From an uncultured Pirellulales bacterium (GTDB taxonomy: Bacteria; Planctomycetota; Phycisphaerae; Sedimentisphaerales; Anaerobacaceae), in assembly GCA_964493425.1 (NCBI GenBank), contig CAZBMW010000010.1:20827-84826 (forward strand): a stretch of 64,000 bases of DNA, written 5' to 3'. Each line of letters begins with the position of its first letter. Positions within the stretch are counted from its first letter, which is position 1. The translations under genes and the position numbers were made by a program. Positions 61,945-64,000 of this stretch are shown piece by piece. The notes beneath the pieces were generated by a model, which made no database searches, was not told the DNA's origin, and saw nothing but the letters and a program-made list of their open reading frames with translations.

Positions 61945-63540
61945 ATGGAAGATTACAAACAAATAATACTCAATGCCGAACCAGGCCAGATTATACCAAT
62001 CGTAAAGCAGATTGATATTAGCGACCCGATGGACTTTTTTGCAAAAATCAGCGATTACGGCCGAAGCCCGAACTGCTGCCTCTTCGAATCCAAAGAATAC
62101 CTCGCCGGCACAAGTGCGTTAAGCTTTGGCACTGCAAGGCCGGCACTTTACCTTACCGGCAAAGCCAGCGATTTTTCAATAAAGGCACTGACAAAACCCG
62201 GCAAAAGGATGATTAAATACCTCACCTGCGATAAAAAAAGATTCGGCTTTTGCGAATCAGTCGAATTCGGCGATGACGCGATTAGCGGAAAAATAAAAAA
62301 AATCGACAAGCTCGTTGACGAACAGACAAGGCTCAAAACCACAAATCAAATGGACGTCCTGCGTGCCGTCGCATTTGCATTCAAGCTGGCCAGCAAACCC
62401 TTCCGCGTAACCTGCGGCCTGCTCGGTGCTTTAAGCTACGACTTCATCGACCAGTTCGAAAAGCTGCCCCCAAACGAAGAAGACCTCCTCGGCAATCAAG
62501 ACTATGAGCTTTATTTCGCAGACAACATCTTCCTGATGGACCATCAGAATAAACAGGGCCATATAATCGTAAACGTCGTCATAACAAACGGCGACCGCCA
62601 ATATGCTATCGAAGAAGCGCAGGACTGCTTCGATTATTATTCAAACATCGCACGCTTCGATACACCAAAACCAAAAAAACTAACTACCCCCCTGCCCGAA
62701 CCATCCACAGACACGATTCAGCCGGAATATGAGCAGATGGTCAAAACCGCAAAAAAACACATCATAGATGGTGACATTTTTCAGGTCGTATTAAGCAGAA
62801 CAAAAATCGAGCCTTGTCCCGATGAGCCGCTCGACGTTTACAGAAGGCTGCGCGACTTGAATCCCTCTCCGTATATGTTCTATATAAATACCCCAACAAC
62901 AACACTGCTCGGCTCAAGCCCCGAATTAAACCTGCGTGTAAGCGGTACCGAAAACCGCCAGGTCGAAATACGCCCTATCGCCGGAACAAAACCAAGAGGC
63001 CGCACAGGCAATCAAATTGACCCTGACACCGATTTTAGATACGAGGCCGAATTGAAAATCGACCGAAAAGAGCTCGCAGAGCATATGATGCTCGTCGATT
63101 TAGCCAGAAACGACATCGCCCGGGTTGCAAAGTCCGGCAGCAGAGTTGTCACCGAACTTTTAATCGTCGAAAAATACGCATCTGTACAGCACCTTGTAAG
63201 CAACGTAAAAGGCACACTCGCAGAAGGCCTCGATGCACTGAGTGCTTATCTTGCAACAATGAATATGGGCACACTTACCGGCGCTCCGAAGATTGAAGCT
63301 ATGAAAATCATACGAAACCTCGAAAAGACAAAACGCGGCTATTACGGCGGTGCCGTCTGCTACCTGACCGTTGACGGACAGTTCGATAGCTGCATTACAA
63401 TAAGAAGTCTGCAGGTCAAAGACCACAAAGCATATATTAGGGTCGGCGCCGGCATCGTGCATGATTCCGTACCAAAAACTGAATTCGAAGAAACCGAGCA
63501 CAAGGCAAACTCCTGCCTGCGCGCGATTCGAGGAAAATAA
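61945..63540 (+). CDS. trpE: anthranilate synthase component I
   Basis: LLGSSPE, IAGT.PRG, GTLTGAPK, YGGAVCY. Confidence 0.95.
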   Translation: MEDYKQIILNAEPGQIIPIVKQIDISDPMDFFAKISDYGRSPNCCLFESKEYLAGTSALSFGTARPALYLTGKASDFSIKALTKPGKRMIKYLTCDKKRFGFCESVEFGDDAISGKIKKIDKLVDEQTRLKTTNQMDVLRAVAFAFKLASKPFRVTCGLLGALSYDFIDQFEKLPPNEEDLLGNQDYELYFADNIFLMDHQNKQGHIIVNVVITNGDRQYAIEEAQDCFDYYSNIARFDTPKPKKLTTPLPEPSTDTIQPEYEQMVKTAKKHIIDGDIFQVVLSRTKIEPCPDEPLDVYRRLRDLNPSPYMFYINTPTTTLLGSSPELNLRVSGTENRQVEIRPIAGTKPRGRTGNQIDPDTDFRYEAELKIDRKELAEHMMLVDLARNDIARVAKSGSRVVTELLIVEKYASVQHLVSNVKGTLAEGLDALSAYLATMNMGTLTGAPKIEAMKIIRNLEKTKRGYYGGAVCYLTVDGQFDSCITIRSLQVKDHKAYIRVGAGIVHDSVPKTEFEETEHKANSCLRAIRGK

Positions 63541-63559
63541 ATCTAAAAAGGCAAATACT

Positions 63560-64000
63560 ATGGAAAAGAAAAAAAGAAAAGTGCTGTTTATCGATAACTT
63601 CGATTCCTTCACATATAACCTCGTGGATGACTTCAGCAAACGCAACTGCAACACCCTTGTTTACCGCTCTGATACCGAAATCGAACGGCTGAAAGAGCTG
63701 GCCAACGATTTTGTACCTGACCTGCTCGTCATCTCTCCCGGCCCAGGTACACCGGATACAGCAGGCGTGTCACTGCAGGCTGTGGATTACTTCAAGGACA
63801 AGCTGCCGATATTTGGTGTCTGTCTGGGCCATCAGGTGATAGTTCAGTATTTCGGCGGCAAAGTTGCCCACGCACCCGTACCTATGCACGGAAAACCGTC
63901 AAGAGTAAGCCATAATCAAAAAGGGATTTTCGAGGGCGTTGAAAACCCGCTGCAGGCAGGACGATACCACAGCCTCTGTGCCATCTCCCAATCACTGCCG
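63560..64000 (+). CDS. trpG: anthranilate synthase component II (glutamine amidotransferase), 5' part, runs off the window
   Basis: My translation from ATG 63560 gives MEKKKRKVLFIDNFDSFTYNLVDD...ISPGPGTP...FGVCLGHQ...RYHSL, open to the window end. It is absent from the ORF track because no stop is reached. Confidence 0.9.
   Translation, partial: MEKKKRKVLFIDNFDSFTYNLVDDFSKRNCNTLVYRSDTEIERLKELANDFVPDLLVISPGPGTPDTAGVSLQAVDYFKDKLPIFGVCLGHQVIVQYFGGKVAHAPVPMHGKPSRVSHNQKGIFEGVENPLQAGRYHSLCAISQSLP

Noticed and set aside
61720-61962. An 80-aa minus-strand ORF covering the trpE upstream region.
   Set aside because: It overlaps the promoter, the WWW leader and the terminator on the opposite strand. 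Its sequence is hydrophobic and low-complexity with no RBS. The plus-strand attenuator explains the region better.
1-64000. CRISPR arrays, transposases, integrases, toxin-antitoxin pairs and known defence-system genes.
   Set aside because: I scanned the intergenic regions and all ORF translations. I saw no regularly spaced repeats and no DDE, tyrosine- or serine-recombinase, nuclease or defence-type domains.

Overview
This is a 64-kb chromosomal window at moderate GC with about 45 protein genes, no transposases, integrases or CRISPR arrays, and one truncated tRNA at the left edge. All product calls come from motif recognition by eye, because no database search was possible. Most of the window is housekeeping:
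- DNA repair and replication restart: priA, uvrB.
- Cofactors: nadC, birA, lpd-lipB-lipA, folP, pdxB.
- Pyrimidine/arginine synthesis: carA followed by two tandem full-length carB genes.
- Other core functions: lon, cimA-type synthase, ptsN, glgP, pheT, PFOR (nifJ), and trpE-trpG, which runs off the right edge.

The accessory or unusual content is:
1. An 11.6-kb exosortase/EpsI polysaccharide-export operon (44.1-55.7 kb) containing a 1621-aa TPR protein.
2. A tightly overlapping mlaE-mlaF / fused FAD+Fe-S oxidase / AmmeMemoRadiSam-type radical SAM operon with no MlaD.
3. A ribosome-stalling trp attenuator with a Trp-Trp-Trp leader peptide upstream of trpE. It is not in the ORF track.
4. Two carB paralogues whose N- and C-terminal halves have diverged to different extents.
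5. A stand-alone B12-binding-domain protein whose ligand His is Gln.
6. An orphan half-ferritin.
7. A PilX-like giant pseudopilin followed by an acidic NEP-repeat peptide.
8. Two long ORF-free gaps: a 640-bp AT-rich gap with direct repeats, and a 750-bp gap with several terminator-like hairpins.

I found no recognisable defence system or mobile element. The operon in item 2 and the exosortase locus are my best candidates for an uncharacterised system, and both functional readings are inference. PFOR, the radical SAM gene, the exosortase and the PilX-like protein suggest an anaerobic, possibly PVC-type bacterium, but this cannot be established from the sequence alone.
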